Shown here: in pieces, positions 13,591 to 27,403 of the stretch | Numbering within the stretch: the stretch's first letter is position 1 | Layout of the letters: each line of letters starts with the position of its first letter | Assembly (NCBI RefSeq): GCF_006345805.1 | Contig: NC_043003.1 | Span: forward strand, 32,054,001-32,118,000 | Length of the DNA stretch: 64,000 nt | Source: Octopus sinensis | Taxonomy: Eukaryota | Direction of reading: 5' to 3' | Notes under the pieces: model-generated | Databases searched by the model: none | Told to the model about the DNA's origin: nothing | The model's input: only the letters and a program-made list of their open reading frames with translations | Program-made: the position numbers and the translations under genes

Positions 13591-15679
13591 TCAAAGTTAT
13601 GATGAAACACTTTCTATAGAGGCCTATATAGAGAAACTACATATCTTATAAGAACAAATAATTAATTACGGACAAGCTTATAAAGCAATCTGTCTAAAAT
13701 TTTCAACTCTAGTATGTACCTCACAGAAATACAACTTCAACTACTACATACTGTGTGATAATCCTGGAATTAGCATATGTGTTTCAAGAAGCCACAGCTT
13801 GGATTTTGCACTCGTATCCCGCTCTAAAATTTGACACTACTTGTCGTAATACCCAATCTACTAATGTACAATACAATGAAAGGTCTTACACCATCCTTGG
13901 TAGCAAATCAAATCAAATGTGGCAGTGAAAACGAGCAAAAACTTTAAGCAGTATTAAACAAAATCGGAGAACATCGTATAAAATGGAATAATGCAATCGA
14001 CAATAAAAGGAACTGTTTCTTTTACTTCAGACGTCAAATTTAGTTTTTATTATAATATGCTGAATTGACGCAAAGGAATTTGAAATAAGAGAGTAGGTAT
14101 AGAAAAATATGAAATCCATGATGAATAACAAACAACACTGTTTCTGCTAAATTATTAACTTAGAATATTGAATTATGTATTGAAGTATATATAACTACTA
14201 TAGATTGAAGTAACATGTATGACTATGTCAATATCAAGAGATAGCAACCGATTCTCCAACATATCAGATTCTACAGTTAGAACAAATAGATCGAAATATG
14301 TAATGGCCTGAGCAAATGACAGAATAGTTATGGTAAGAACGTATTTGATCATAGATCAGACTTCAGGGCCGACCAGATATTAGTCTTTGCGATAATCTAT
14401 GATGGCATACTTATAGATATACATTTCGACACTATTGCTCACCATTAGGTATTCAAAGATTAAAACTGGAATCTCGTAATCTGATATCAGTTATCACAGT
14501 TATGACAGTGAGATAAAGATATAGTTGAACGTTTTAGATATGAGATTTTGACGTTTTTATGTGTTTCATTTTGTTTGCATTAAAACATAAAACACCTAAA
14601 ATTCAACTTCAATTGCTAGTGAACTTCAGATTTAATTATATTTTTATTGCTAATGGTGATCAATAGATTCGATCGTGACAGATATCCGGCGAGTCAATCA
14701 TTGATTCATAGTTCAGCGCATTGTCGACAACGAAAGTGGCAAAGTGTTTGCTACTTAATGTACAATAATTATTCCGAAGGTCACAGCTTTTTGCTCTCCT
14801 CGCTAGTAAGAGATGCATTTATTTGCATATATTCGAAGGAAATCGGTACGGTTTCCATCTCTTAAACTGCAAAGATATCAACCCGATGTTAAGAAAAACA
14901 CATTTTCCCCACTGTGTTGTGTAGTGGGATGAGGGATCGTACATGGAATTTTGTGACTGAGAATAGATTTTATTTGCCACTCATGCATGTGAGAGTGCGA
15001 TGGGGCTTCCAGTTAACAGGAATATATTTTACTTCCGTTACTAAAAGCCTTCTGACTTGAGTAGAAATAAGGCTTTTCATTCCGTCTTCCTCTAACAATA
15101 GAAAATCTACGTTCTTATTAAAACAGAATAAAGTCTACGCTCCAAGTGAACAAAGAATATACGTGCCTATTCAAATAGAAAACAATGACTATCTACATCG
15201 TACGATTAGTTTGCTTATATCATAACATGTCTGCGACCGCAACAAAAGTATAAAAAGCTTCTTGCATTCGGTTTTCAAATAAAAATATGTCTCCTATCAT
15301 CATTATAGGTGAAGAGGAAGATTATTCAACCAAACTAGCTAGCTTCTTCAGCTTGGAGAGTTAAGTAGCGTGCATTATATTCAGAAATTCACCCTACAGT
15401 CGTCGATTATATGATCGATTAAAGATCCACGTTAGTTTCAACAGACTGACTTGTCTAAAATCAGTGGGACAGTCATATGCATATTCACCTTCACCTGATT
15501 AACACTCTTAACAACTAACAAAAGTTAGCGATATGCGTTTTCATTTGTTGGTATGATGGTGTAAAAAAACAATTTTAAATTATACAAATAACAAAAGTGA
15601 CAGCCATTTATTTAAAATACCTTCTTTACTATTTACGTTAAAAGCCAATCCACTGTATTTGCCTAAAGGCATAGAATTC

Positions 15680-15975
15680 AAAAGAATATATCGCCACCCA
15701 TAAGACTTCCAAATGGGAAGGGATACAAACGAGAAGCCATCAGCTCTTCAAAGCTCTTCAGAGCATGTCTAAAAATGCTCACCAGGATCATTGTCTGGGC
15801 AGATGACGTGAACATCAATGGCGAGCTACTGACATTCGATTCGTAGATGACATTGTACTCATCGCCAAAAGCACAGATCAGTTGCAGACCATGCTGAGAT
15901 AGCTGGACACCTATAGCTCAGCAGTCGGCCATAAAAAGAGCCGTAAGAAATCAAAGTATATACAGCCCGAAGATG
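15680..15975 (+). mobile_element. RTE-clade LINE RT fragment
   Basis: RFVDDIVLIAKSTDQLQTMLR (FADD motif), preceded by a VNINGE-like segment. Confidence 0.75.
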
Positions 15976-16119
15976 TTACACAAAACCGAATACAGTTGGG
16001 AAGAGGTGAAATCGATGGGGTAAAGGGGTACTTCGAAATTGCGATCGGGAACACACTACCCTAATGACTAAGCCACGCGCCTTCACATATATGTGTGCAT
16101 GCATACTATTTATATATAT

Positions 16120-16143
16120 ATATATTACACACACACACATACG

Positions 16144-16202
<59 letters not shown>

Positions 16203-16343
16203 ACACATATATACATATAAATATCATTCTCAAATAATATTCTTATATACAAACACGGTCATTTGTTTATATTTAAAAATTGTCGCTTGAAATCGGAGAA
16301 TAAATATCATTCGGATATATATTATATAGTTAGTATACACATA

Positions 16344-16388
<45 letters not shown>

Positions 16389-16489
16389 ACACACACACAC
16401 ACATATATATACACACACACACATATATATATGAGCTCATTTGCAGGCCAACAGTTTCTGCAACGTCCAGATGAAAATAGTACGGATGG

Positions 16490-16531
<42 letters not shown>

Positions 16532-16560
16532 CGACGACAATGAAGAAGATGATGATAACG
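16120..16560. repeat. (CA)n tracts and a (GAT)n tract
   Basis: Direct reading. Confidence 0.95.
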
Positions 16561-18519
16561 ATAGGACGATAGTAACGTTGATGCCACTTGTGTCGAATAA
16601 TATAATGATACTGACTATGAGTATCAAAGCGAAAAGTCGGAAAATTTAAACTTCTTAATTCTCAAAATAGGAAACCGAAACATATATTCTTTAAGAATGT
16701 ATCTGATGTTAAGAGGATTATTCAGATAATCAAGTTTTTATTGATACTCATACTACTCTTGAATGAAATATCTTTCGTTGGCTCCCTTATTGTCTGTCTC
16801 TGGTTATTTAACTGCCATTCATATAAATCAATTTCACATTCTAGCCTGAGATATTTTTAATTGTACAGCGAATCTTATTGACCTCTGTGATTGAAATGTT
16901 AACCGGCCAATCCTAATGTCGCTCGGCTCTTCTCACCTTTTCATAGCATCCTCAGAGAATCTCATGCATTTCATATGTCGAAGGTGTCTTAGGTTTTACG
17001 TCATTAATACGTTAATACATTTCGAAATCTCACATTATTAGATGACCGAAATGATTCTTTTGTTGTTTTTGTTCTCACTTTTCAATAAGTACCTGCCCTT
17101 AAGATACATCCTTTGTATAGACATTTCAGTTCTTCGCACAATCCACTCATTGTTCTTATTTGAAGATAATTCAATAATTTCTTTTATCTTCACAATCCAT
17201 GTCATTCCACTCATGTCATATAAGGTTCAATCATTCTTTACGTTCTAATGTATAATAGTTGCTTTAGGTATGGATGTATTATCAGCATATCTGAAAAGCC
17301 ACTGCAGATTTCTAGAAGGATTTTAAGCGTATATCCCATTCTTTGATAAAGATATAAATATCAAGCTCCTCATTTTAATTTCACCTTGTCTCTGACAATT
17401 TATTGTGGTTGGCTGTAGTTATACGCCATTGACGTCCGACGAGATAGAAATGCATGTGGCTTTTTCGCTAGATGCTCTATATATTGTTATTAATTGTAGC
17501 AGATCTAAGAGATATGTTCAAATGAAGATGTATTTATATTATGATACAGTGCTGGCTATTATTGCGTCTGTTGCATATAACGGACGTTTATTCAGTTGGA
17601 TCGCTGTTCGCTAAGACAGTCAATGTTTACATTTCTCTTTGGTAGAGCGGTAGACATCCGCTCTACCGATTAACTGTAGACAATGCAAAGAATAAAACGC
17701 ACAATTTATCTTGTGGCATTGTCTGCAATTACTTTACGCCCTGAATTTTCACCCTACCGATAATTATTTTCCTTCTCTGATGGTATTGAATATATTGTTG
17801 TGCAAGTGCTGAGAGGAGGGGTTCTATGTAATTGATTATACCTCTTCTTCAAATCGTGTGGAAATACAATTATTTTAGAAATGTGAGTTTAGTTCATCGT
17901 TTGAAAGATAATGATTCTATTGTTAATATTAAGTTACTGTAATGCAATTATTTTCACTCTCTTTGTACAAACCAAATATTAAACGTATGTTACAATTATT
18001 CTGTGTTCGAAAATATATTGATTTACAACCCTAGGCCCACGTTTATTCAACATATTTTTGATAATGTGCCCAGTTGTTACTCAGTCCTTGATAAATGCTT
18101 TCCGGTTATTTGCCAGGCTTATTCGACCGGTGGGGTCACAAAATTTGTTATATTGCAGACTAACATCCATTTCTTGGAAGCTCTTGTGGAAGCTCCCGCA
18201 TCGTTTCTTGGTTTGAGAAATATTTGCAGTATTTAATCGTGGAATAAGTGTGTGTGTGATATAATGAAAGCTGATCGGTGTCTAACAATCGATGAAGGAT
18301 TTCATATCCAGTCGTTGGCATGCTAAAATTAGCAGGCAATATCCTTCAAATCGTACCCTGTCATTATAAAACAATTCAATAAAAAGTTTTGAGAATGCAG
18401 TCTTAGATGAACTAAAAAAGCAGTGGTGGCCCTGGCCTAAATTGTTCATTGGATCACACATAAAACAAGCTGATACTAAAACTTATATCTACACACACAT
18501 ACACAGACACACGCACAAA

Positions 18520-19335
18520 TACAAGATGGTATCAAAAGGTTTCCGGACTAGTTTTGTTTAATAAAACATAAGTAAGTTTTAATATCATCTCCTTCAGAAT
18601 AGTCCCAGCGATCCTACTAATTTCGGAATCTGACCTGGAAGTTGTTTTCGTCAGCGAATCGAGAAGCTTCTGCAATTCGCTCTTGATTTCGACAATGGTG
18701 TTCAAACGGCAACTTTGAGCTGCATTTTCACATTGGAAAACGAGATGAAAATTCGCAGGTGCTAAATCTGGCGAGTAGGTCGTGTGCAGACACGATACCA
18801 TATTGTTTTTGGTGAGAAACTCACGAGTGTAGAGAGCTCAGTGATAGGGTGCATTGTTGCGCTCCACAAATCAGGGCGCTTTCACAGAGTGTCCTACCTT
18901 AAACGCTTCAAAACCTCGCAGTAGTTGGTTGACGGTCTGACTCTCGGGGACAAATCGCGATGCACAAAAACGTGGATGTTGCCAAAATATGATAAGCATG
19001 CTCTTGATAGAACTGCGGCTGTGCCACTCGAGACCTTGCGTACGACCCAATGATTCATCGCCGAAAGCTTTCCAAAACATGCCCAATGTCTCAGTAGCAA
19101 ACTTCCCTAGTTTAACGCAAAACTTTACATTAGCTCTACGTTCCAATTTCCTGTCAATGCCACAAGTCGCAGACTACAGCATACATGTGATCACAAAAAC
19201 ATAGATTTCACAACTTGCGAGGTAAACACAGCATTAGGAAAGTCACTGCTCGCTCTCATTTCGTATGCAACCCTGTGCTGCCATGTGTTGTCCCGCTACA
19301 GAACTAGTCCGGGAACTTTTTGACCCCACCTCGTA
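18520..19335 (-). mobile_element. Internally deleted mariner with both TIRs
   Basis: TIRs of about 34 bp (TACAAGATGGTATCAAAAGGTTTCCGGACTAGTT versus the reverse complement of AACTAGTCCGGGAACTTTTTGACCCCACCTCGTA), flanked by TA. Peptides RANVKFCVKLGKFATET and HTTYSPDLAPANF. Confidence 0.9.
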
Positions 19336-20855
19336 TACGTAAATGTTCGTCAGTGGATATACTACACATCGCAATATATCAAAATAATCCTTTGTTCATT
19401 ACACTTTACTACACGTTTTATCACGTGCCATTATCTTCTCGTTCTCTTTGTTGTGTTTTTGTAAATTCCCCTTTCATGCTCCTTTCGCTACTTCAGTCAC
19501 TATCCACCTTGTCACCTAATTACCTATGTACTAATATACATGTTAATCATTTCGTTTCTTTCTCTTTGACCAAGAGTTTCTTAAACCTGTTTGTCTTTCT
19601 GTTGTTTTTTCATTCATTGCTTTTATCTTCTTTTACACAATTGTTCATTTTGTCCTTTTTTCTTTTCTCTCCATCAAGTTACTATTTTCTTCAAACAATT
19701 CAATATTTTTATAAACATCCCAATGCTAACAAAGTAATTGAATCATGTTGTGAATATCGTTTGTGTTTGCGTATTGAACGCCTCATGAATTGCTATCGGT
19801 TATTGTTACTATTCAATTAGTGCCATTAAACAGTGATAATTATGTGACGATATGTTTATGATAAAGCTTTTTCTAATTATTACACAGCATGGAGATGTAT
19901 ATGTAGAATCGTTTATCTCGGACGAAAATGAATTGCGTAATTAATTCATTTCAACTTTGTGCAGACCCATTTAAATATTTTGGTGAACTTTCACCATACA
20001 GTTCATTTCTGGTTTCTGTAGTCGAGTATTTACTTCGCTAATACTCGTTACCTTACAAGCCACTATACATAGTTAAAACTTATAAATACCAATTTAAAGA
20101 TTGCAGAGTGAGGAGAAGAGGCTATCGACAGAAACTATAACACGCTTAAAGAAATAAATTTTTAGCATTTATCTATCCGCAAAGCACTTCTGAGAACTTA
20201 TTCTCATGGTGATTAAGTCTTTAATTTGAAGGTATTCAAACTAGTTCTGCTCTTCAGAAATACATAAACATCATAACAACCGACCAAAGATCACATCGAT
20301 TGCTTTTTGTATATAATAATCAGAAATCTGTTGCTTTATGTTGTAATCTCACCTTGAAACAATTCTTCCCAATAAATTTTTGGTTGTTTTTTGGTGGTGG
20401 TGATTATAATTAAGATTAGCTTGATTAAGCAGTCCATGTTTAAATGGATTCCAACCGTGATTCTCCTGTATTTTATTGTTACGATATATGAATTCTACAA
20501 CAACATAGCCTTCCTATTTTTGAAAATTAGATGGGAAATTCACACAGATGCAGCGAATATTTAATAGATCTTGGGACCGGCTATTTCTAAACTGCTGAGC
20601 TATCAAGCGTAAGTGCCGTCGGATATGAACCATTGTACACCATACCAAAGATAAGCACATAATCTGCTTTGATTAAACATGCCTCCATATGCTTTACTTC
20701 CCTTTGCCTGGTAAACATTAGAACATCGTTTTTCATGTATACACATGATAGAATTAGAGACATTTATGGAATATACCTTTTAACATCATTAAATACTTCA
20801 TTAATAAAGCAACGATATCGTTGTTTGTTTGAATGTGAGCATTTATAAATGCGTG

Positions 20856-20899
<44 letters not shown>

Positions 20900-20931
20900 C
20901 ATACATTCATACATACATATATCTATAGGTG

Positions 20932-20980
<49 letters not shown>

Positions 20981-20999
20981 ATATATGTATATATATATA

Positions 21000-21411
21000 T
21001 ATATATTAGAAGAAATGAGGTAATCAGAAGATCGGATGGTTCATGTTTATAGATATTTATTTATATATTACATTTTTTACATATATATATCATATCATTC
21101 AGATCATATCATTCAGATTATTAGCGCTTTCTCCCATTCCAGTGGGGTTTACAAATCAAATCAATTCCTTTGTGGAGAATTTGGTCATTTTATAGAGTTT
21201 CGTTACTACGAAACTCTATAAAATGACCAAATTCTCCACAAAGGAATTGATTTGATTTGTAAACCCCACTGGAATGGGAGAAAGCGCTAATAATCTGAAT
21301 GATATGATCTGAATGATATGATATATATATGTAAAAAATGTAATATATAAATAAATATCTATAAACATGAACCATCCGATCTTCTGATTACCTCATTTCT
21401 TCTAATATATA
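21000..21411. repeat. Perfect fold-back inverted repeat (204-bp arms, 4-nt loop)
   Basis: 21000-21203 is the reverse complement of 21208-21411. The loop is TACT. Confidence 0.95.
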
Positions 21412-22299
21412 ATAACTGTGCATCATCTCCAAACCTTCCAATATATATATATATATATATATATATTCAAATTTGCGGCAGCTGTTTCGGTAAATCTTCG
21501 TATAACGCAGTTGTTAGAGATTGCATCATATTATGCAACTCCACCAACGTTAGGCATGATTTAAACGTGAACCTGAACATAGACAATTTAATTTGGCTAG
21601 TATATATATATATACGTATATATATGCATCCAATTTGAATGTTCTATGTAATTTATATCTATATTTAGGTTTATATAGTAATGCTATTACTATTATATAT
21701 TTAATGCTATTACTATTTAACCTACACCAAAACGGACACATACTTGTATAGTTACACATACGCACTGTCATACATACACATATATACTTATATATGTATG
21801 TGCGTATAGGTGTAATTTAAAACATCATTACACACGTTTTAGTAGAGTAGTTTATTTCACTTACATGTCCATTACACATATGCGAAGACATTACACAAGT
21901 TCGTATTTTTATGCACCAGTTATTTCTTCAGGTGATATTCTCCTGAATATTTTGGCGAGAATATATTTGTGTGTGTACATGTCAGTGTGTGAGTCAAATA
22001 GTTATGTGGGAATATTTATTTAAATGACAAAAAGGAATGAAAAACTGTCGATATTCGCACAGCTTGTCAAAGAAAGTTTACTAGTGTAATTAGATTATAA
22101 ATTTAAATTAATCAATAATGCACTGAGGTAAACAACATGAAGCGTGTATGTGTACGTGTGTCTGTGTGTGTGTGTTTGCTTCTACTAGTATTCCTTATTA
22201 TAGTATCATGTAAGGAACTCGTGTACATTTATTTATATATCTGTCTGTATGTCTGCATGTCTCTCTGTCTCTCTATCTGTCTATCTATCTATCTATCTG

Positions 22300-22355
<56 letters not shown>

Positions 22356-22422
22356 CCTATCTGTCACTCTATAAATCAGTCTCTCTCTCACTCTTTCTCT
22401 GTCTGTATATATATTATATATA

Positions 22423-22465
<43 letters not shown>

Positions 22466-22667
22466 ATATATATACATATATATTTATATTAAGGGCTAAA
22501 AACCGTTATGTGGACAGCCATATGCTAGAAATAGATGACCTACGATCAAACAACAAAGAAAGAATGTTCTCCAGAGAAAATTCAGCTGAAACCAGAACAA
22601 TAGTCGGGCAAGACAGATGAAAATTATATAAAAATCAAGAATTAATCGTATACCAGTTACGTCTATT

Positions 22668-22723
22668 AACGAATAAATCACTTAAGTAAGCCTTCGTCCG
22701 TGGGACTCATCAGTATGATCGTT
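22668..22723 (-). ncRNA. Minimal type I hammerhead ribozyme motif (A15.1G variant)
   Basis: CTGATGA-GTCC-CAC-GGAC-GAA(G), palindromic ACTTAAGT in stem III, and stem I AACGA/TCGTT. It lies in a ~240-bp island (22490-22735) flanked by (TA)n on both sides. Confidence 0.65.
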
Positions 22724-22889
22724 CCAAAAGCAATATATATATATATATATATATAGACGTGGACCTTTGCATTATTCTGATCTACAAGAATAATGTACAT
22801 TACAAGAGTAGCAAATGTGCTCTAGCATCATCAACATTTCTGGCCGAAACAGCAAGAAGTTAAGAGGAGAGGTGCGGTTACAACGATGA

Positions 22890-23052
22890 GACGCAGGAGT
22901 GGCTCTGTGGTAAGTAGCTTGCTTAACAATCACCTGGTTCCGGGTTCAGTCCCACTGTGTGAAACCTCAGGTACGTGGCTTCTAATATAGCCTCGACTCG
23001 ACCAAAGCCTTGTGAATGGATTTGGTAGATGGAAAGTGAAAGAAACCCGTCG

Positions 23053-23053
<1 letters not shown>
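22890..23053 (+). mobile_element. tRNA-derived SINE family A, 5' half
   Basis: A box TGGCTCTGTGG, B box GGTTCAGTCC, and a GCCTTGTGAATGGATTTGGTAGATGGAAA core followed by (TA)/(TG)n. Confidence 0.9.
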
Positions 23054-23101
<48 letters not shown>

Positions 23102-23207
23102 GTGTGTGTGTGTGTATGTGTGTGTGTGTGTGTATGTGTGTGTGTGGTGTGTGTGTGTGTGTGTGTATGTGTGTGTGTGTGTGTATGTGTGTGTGTGTGT
23201 GTGTGTG

Positions 23208-24469
23208 TATCAGGTCATTAACAAAGAAATATCCGATTTTCTCATGCACCAAGTTTGACTCTTTAGCTCTGATGTTCTCTCCTGACAATTCTTTGTCTTA
23301 CAACATTGAAGAGTTACATCATCTCTTTCCGAAATGCAATTCCTGGTGTTTGACTATATTGTGAGTTTTCTCTTATAAATCAGTTTTTGTGAAACCATAG
23401 ATACATCAAAATTTCGAGTTGTTTATGACTATGAGTTCTGCCGTGTAATCAATGCATCCCACACAGCCTGAAACACTAATGAGGTGTGTAGGGAAGATAT
23501 GGCGAATCAGCGCACTGTACGTCGAGGATTTGAATTGTTCCAGTCTGGTGACAATACGCTTGAAAATCAGCCACGTGTTAGACCTGAGACCAAGTTGGAT
23601 AGTGATGAGCTGGAAACTGTAATGGAGGCTGATACATCTCAAACTACGCGTGATTTAACAGCAAGGTTTTATGTTCCGATTCCAACTGTATTCGACCATC
23701 TGAAACAAATCAGCTGGACAAGTGGGTAGCACACGAACTGAACGCGCATCAAATGACATGTCTTCTTGAAACTTGCTGTTCTTTGCTGTCACTGCATAAA
23801 AGCGAACCATTTCTGCATCATATTGTTACGTGTGATGAATAATGGATTATGTTCAACAATAGCAAGCATTCTGCACGATGATTCGATAGAAACGAAGTGC
23901 TACACACAATCCAAAAGACTATGTTTACCATAAAAAACTAATGGTGCCTGTTTGGTGGGCTAGCGCTGGTGTCATCCACTACAGTTTCATGAAATCTGCT
24001 AAGTCAATTACAGTGGATGTATAGATCAAGTTATTGGATGAAATGATAAGTGAACTTGCAATTAAACAACCGAGAATGGTCAATAGAAACAAGACAATTC
24101 TCTTGCAAGACAATGTTCGACCACATGTTGCACATAGAACGATACTCAAGTCACAGGGACTGAATTTGGAAGTACTCTGTCATCCACCATATTCACCAGA
24201 CCTTGACTATCACGTCTTCCAGGCATCAGAAAACTTTTTGCAAGGAAAAAACTTCAAATCTGAAGGAGATGCAAAAACAGCTTTCGTAATTTCAGCACGT
24301 CCTGTTCTCCAGAATTCTTCGCTGCCGGCATAATTTAGGCTACTGATAAAATGGCAAAATTATGTTGATAATTTAAGTGCATACTTTGATTAACTGCAGG
24401 GCTTTTTGTTGAGATAAAGTAAAAAACTTTCTGTTCAAAATCGGACATTTCAGTCTTAATGACCTGATA
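23208..24469 (+). mobile_element. Near full-length mariner with decayed DD34D transposase (Mos1/Hsmar1-like)
   Basis: TIRs of about 33 bp, TATCAGGTCATTAA..GAAAT.TCCGATTTT, at both ends with TA flanks. Peptides KWVAHEL, IVTCDE*WI, LQDNVRPH and HPPYSPDL; frameshifted. Confidence 0.93.
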
Positions 24470-24646
24470 TATATATATATATTTCTTTATATTAAAATTT
24501 TTATGTATTGATTAAGTCTTTCCTTGTTTGTTTTGCAAAATAGTGGTTTTGTCTCGAATTATATTATATAATATTTTACTATGATATTGGATTTAATCCT
24601 AAATCTGATTTTTCCCTGTAAATTTGGATTTATTCCTAATATTTAT

Positions 24647-24685
<39 letters not shown>

Positions 24686-26317
24686 GTGTAGGTGCGTGTG
24701 TGTGTGTATGTACATGCGTGTCTGTGTGTTTCTCTATGTCTGCAAATATATGCGTGTTTGTGTGTGCCAAGTGTGTGTGATATCCAATTGATTTAGATTT
24801 ATCTTCACAATCTGCTTTTTTGGCTACTCTTATGTCGTGTCATGTTTTTCGACTCTACTATTCGCTATAAAGTCATTACAACAATAATTACTATATTTCA
24901 ACTCAACAGGTGGGTGAGTTCGGACCCATTTCCCTGAATCTTGAAATCGAGCTGAACCTTGGATGTTAAATCTGAAAGACGAAGACACAAAGGTAGTCGA
25001 GGGATCATTAATCTGAGCTTGTAATTAATGTTAATAGAGTTCGTACTCCATTAACATCAATTTTGTTTCCTATCCTTCATTTTCTTTCGTAGATTTTACT
25101 TGTAATTTTATAGTTCGTCGTCACATTAGATGACGGTTTTTCGTGTTCAGGATTGTCTCAAATTTATACACATGTGATTAATGATTATAGTCGAAATTGA
25201 TCGAAATTCAACATTTGTTGCTTGAATTTGCATATAAAAGTTCCTATTCAAGGCAACATACTGTCGGTTGTTTTTTGTTATAAATTCTACAGATATTTTA
25301 TATATAAAAGGTAACCCGTACCATTTACTTAATGGCGAATTGAAGTGGGTGAACAAGAGAACAATAGGATCGGGGATTTGTATCCGGCAACGAGCACTAA
25401 CGTATTCATGGCTCAATACTTTAATACCAGTGGATGATACCACTTTACTCTCTTGTGGTATATTACAACACAATATGCAATGGTAGTCCTTGAATTGATA
25501 AAGAAATTTGCTAAATGATAGTCTTGATTTATATTTCCATTGCTGAAAATATTTACTAGTTACATAACAGATTGAAACATATCTTATATATATTTTACAC
25601 AACAGAAAATTATTTTTCATTTCTCTCATTCTCGTTTCCATAGTGTGGTTCCCCACTCGCTTCCACTTCATAATGAACTCCTCATTCTACCCCAAAAGTC
25701 ATCTCTGGAAATATTTTCTTGTGTATGTATTTTTCTTTTCGAATTGTCATTTGTCATCCATGTATAGTTAATGAAAATGGACTTAAACTGAATTGGTCTC
25801 ACTGATCTGAGAAGATTCAACCACTTCTAGAAAAGCAAATTTAAAAAGTATGCTATAAAATGTTTTAAATCAACTGAACATGGATCTGGTGGTGCTTAAG
25901 CTATACGATTGGGACTATATTATAGAATAGAGGAATAGAGGTATCAAAGACAAAACACAGTCCAATATTATACTTAATTCAAAACACAATAGATTGTAAG
26001 ATATAAGCAGAAGATCGAGGTGAGAAATTGCAGCGCAGCAAAATGCTTAGATGGTTTGCGACAGATCAAGATTATCACTTTAGCATTTGTGCAGATCAAT
26101 CTCGATTTTGTGCAGATCTAACTAGCTTGCCAAATTGCGACAGATAAAGCTGGTGCTTTCATCTGCGATAGATGAAAGTTATTATCTGAAATGTAGATGA
26201 TTAAACAATGGAACTAATTTATAGGGGAAATATAGAGTAATTATCTAATATAATATCAACATGCAGGAAAAATAATAGAAACATGGGAGCTATTTCATCA
26301 AGCCCACGCACCAAATG

Positions 26318-26391
<74 letters not shown>

Positions 26392-26407
26392 GCTCGCTCA
26401 TACACGC

Positions 26408-26449
<42 letters not shown>

Positions 26450-26939
26450 GTGTACACACATACACACGCACGCGAGGTGCACACACTCACAGACACACAC
26501 ATACACATACTCATATACACGTGAGCACACACGCACACTAACTCATTTGTGCACTATTCTAATAGATCCAGAAACTCTGTCGCCATCAATTTCCTGTCCG
26601 AACACATAGTCATGTAACTGGTGTCGCTTACTAAGTGATACTATCCATCGAGACATCACGTTACCTTCCTTGACCAATTCTAGCCCATCTACAGGTCAAT
26701 CGGTTTCTAACCAGCCTGCGGAGTTAGGCACAGTTAAGAGTTTTGAAACTTGAAGTAGCACAGAATCCTAATTAAACTGTTTTGAATAATGCATGTAACT
26801 CCTAGTAAATGTGTGTATGTGTAGGTGTGTGCGTGTATCAATAGATAGCAATATAAATGCGTATGAAAATTATATACGTGCTGATACAATATGTATGGAT
26901 AAACATATATGTAAGAATGTATATACACTTATAAGCATG

Positions 26940-26973
<34 letters not shown>

Positions 26974-26992
26974 TGTATGTATGTATGTATGT

Positions 26993-27045
<53 letters not shown>

Positions 27046-27067
27046 TGTATATATATGTATATATATA

Positions 27068-27113
<46 letters not shown>

Positions 27114-27179
27114 ATAAAACGGTAAGATAACAAAAGAAAGAAAGAGACCTCAATATTATGTAAATAGAGGAAATTTATC

Positions 27180-27354
27180 TATACAATATGTTACATTACT
27201 CGGTAGTCAAGATAAAACTCTGAGTTTCAGATGCCGAAGTGGAAATCCACAACACCATCTCTTCGAGCCAGTTAACCGAAGAGATGGTGTTGTGGATTTC
27301 CACTTCGGCATCTGAAACTCAGAGTTTTATCTTGACTACCGAGTAATGTAACAT

Positions 27355-27362
<8 letters not shown>
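27180..27362. repeat. Perfect inverted repeat (86-bp arms, 11-nt spacer) containing a hammerhead-like motif
   Basis: 27180-27265 is the reverse complement of 27277-27362. Confidence 0.95.
27271..27331 (+). ncRNA. Hammerhead-like motif (U4C, one extra nucleotide before GAAA)
   Basis: GTTAA-CCGAAGA-GATG...CATC-T-GAAACTCAGAGT-T-TTATC. Stem III is near-palindromic (AACTC-A-GAGTT). Confidence 0.55.

Positions 27363-27403
<41 letters not shown>

Noticed and set aside
19320-19820. 166-aa plus-strand ORF rich in L/F/S
   Set aside because: It reflects T-rich low-complexity sequence.
21474-21512. GAAACAGCTG on the minus strand
   Set aside because: No recognisable core 5' strand or stem II; too decayed to call.
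25147-25671. 174-aa minus-strand ORF
   Set aside because: Composition typical of AT-rich non-coding DNA, no recognisable domain, and no convincing splice context.
26715-26760. CTGCGGA...GAAACTTGAAGTA hammerhead-like match
   Set aside because: Stem III is palindromic, but stems I and II do not pair.
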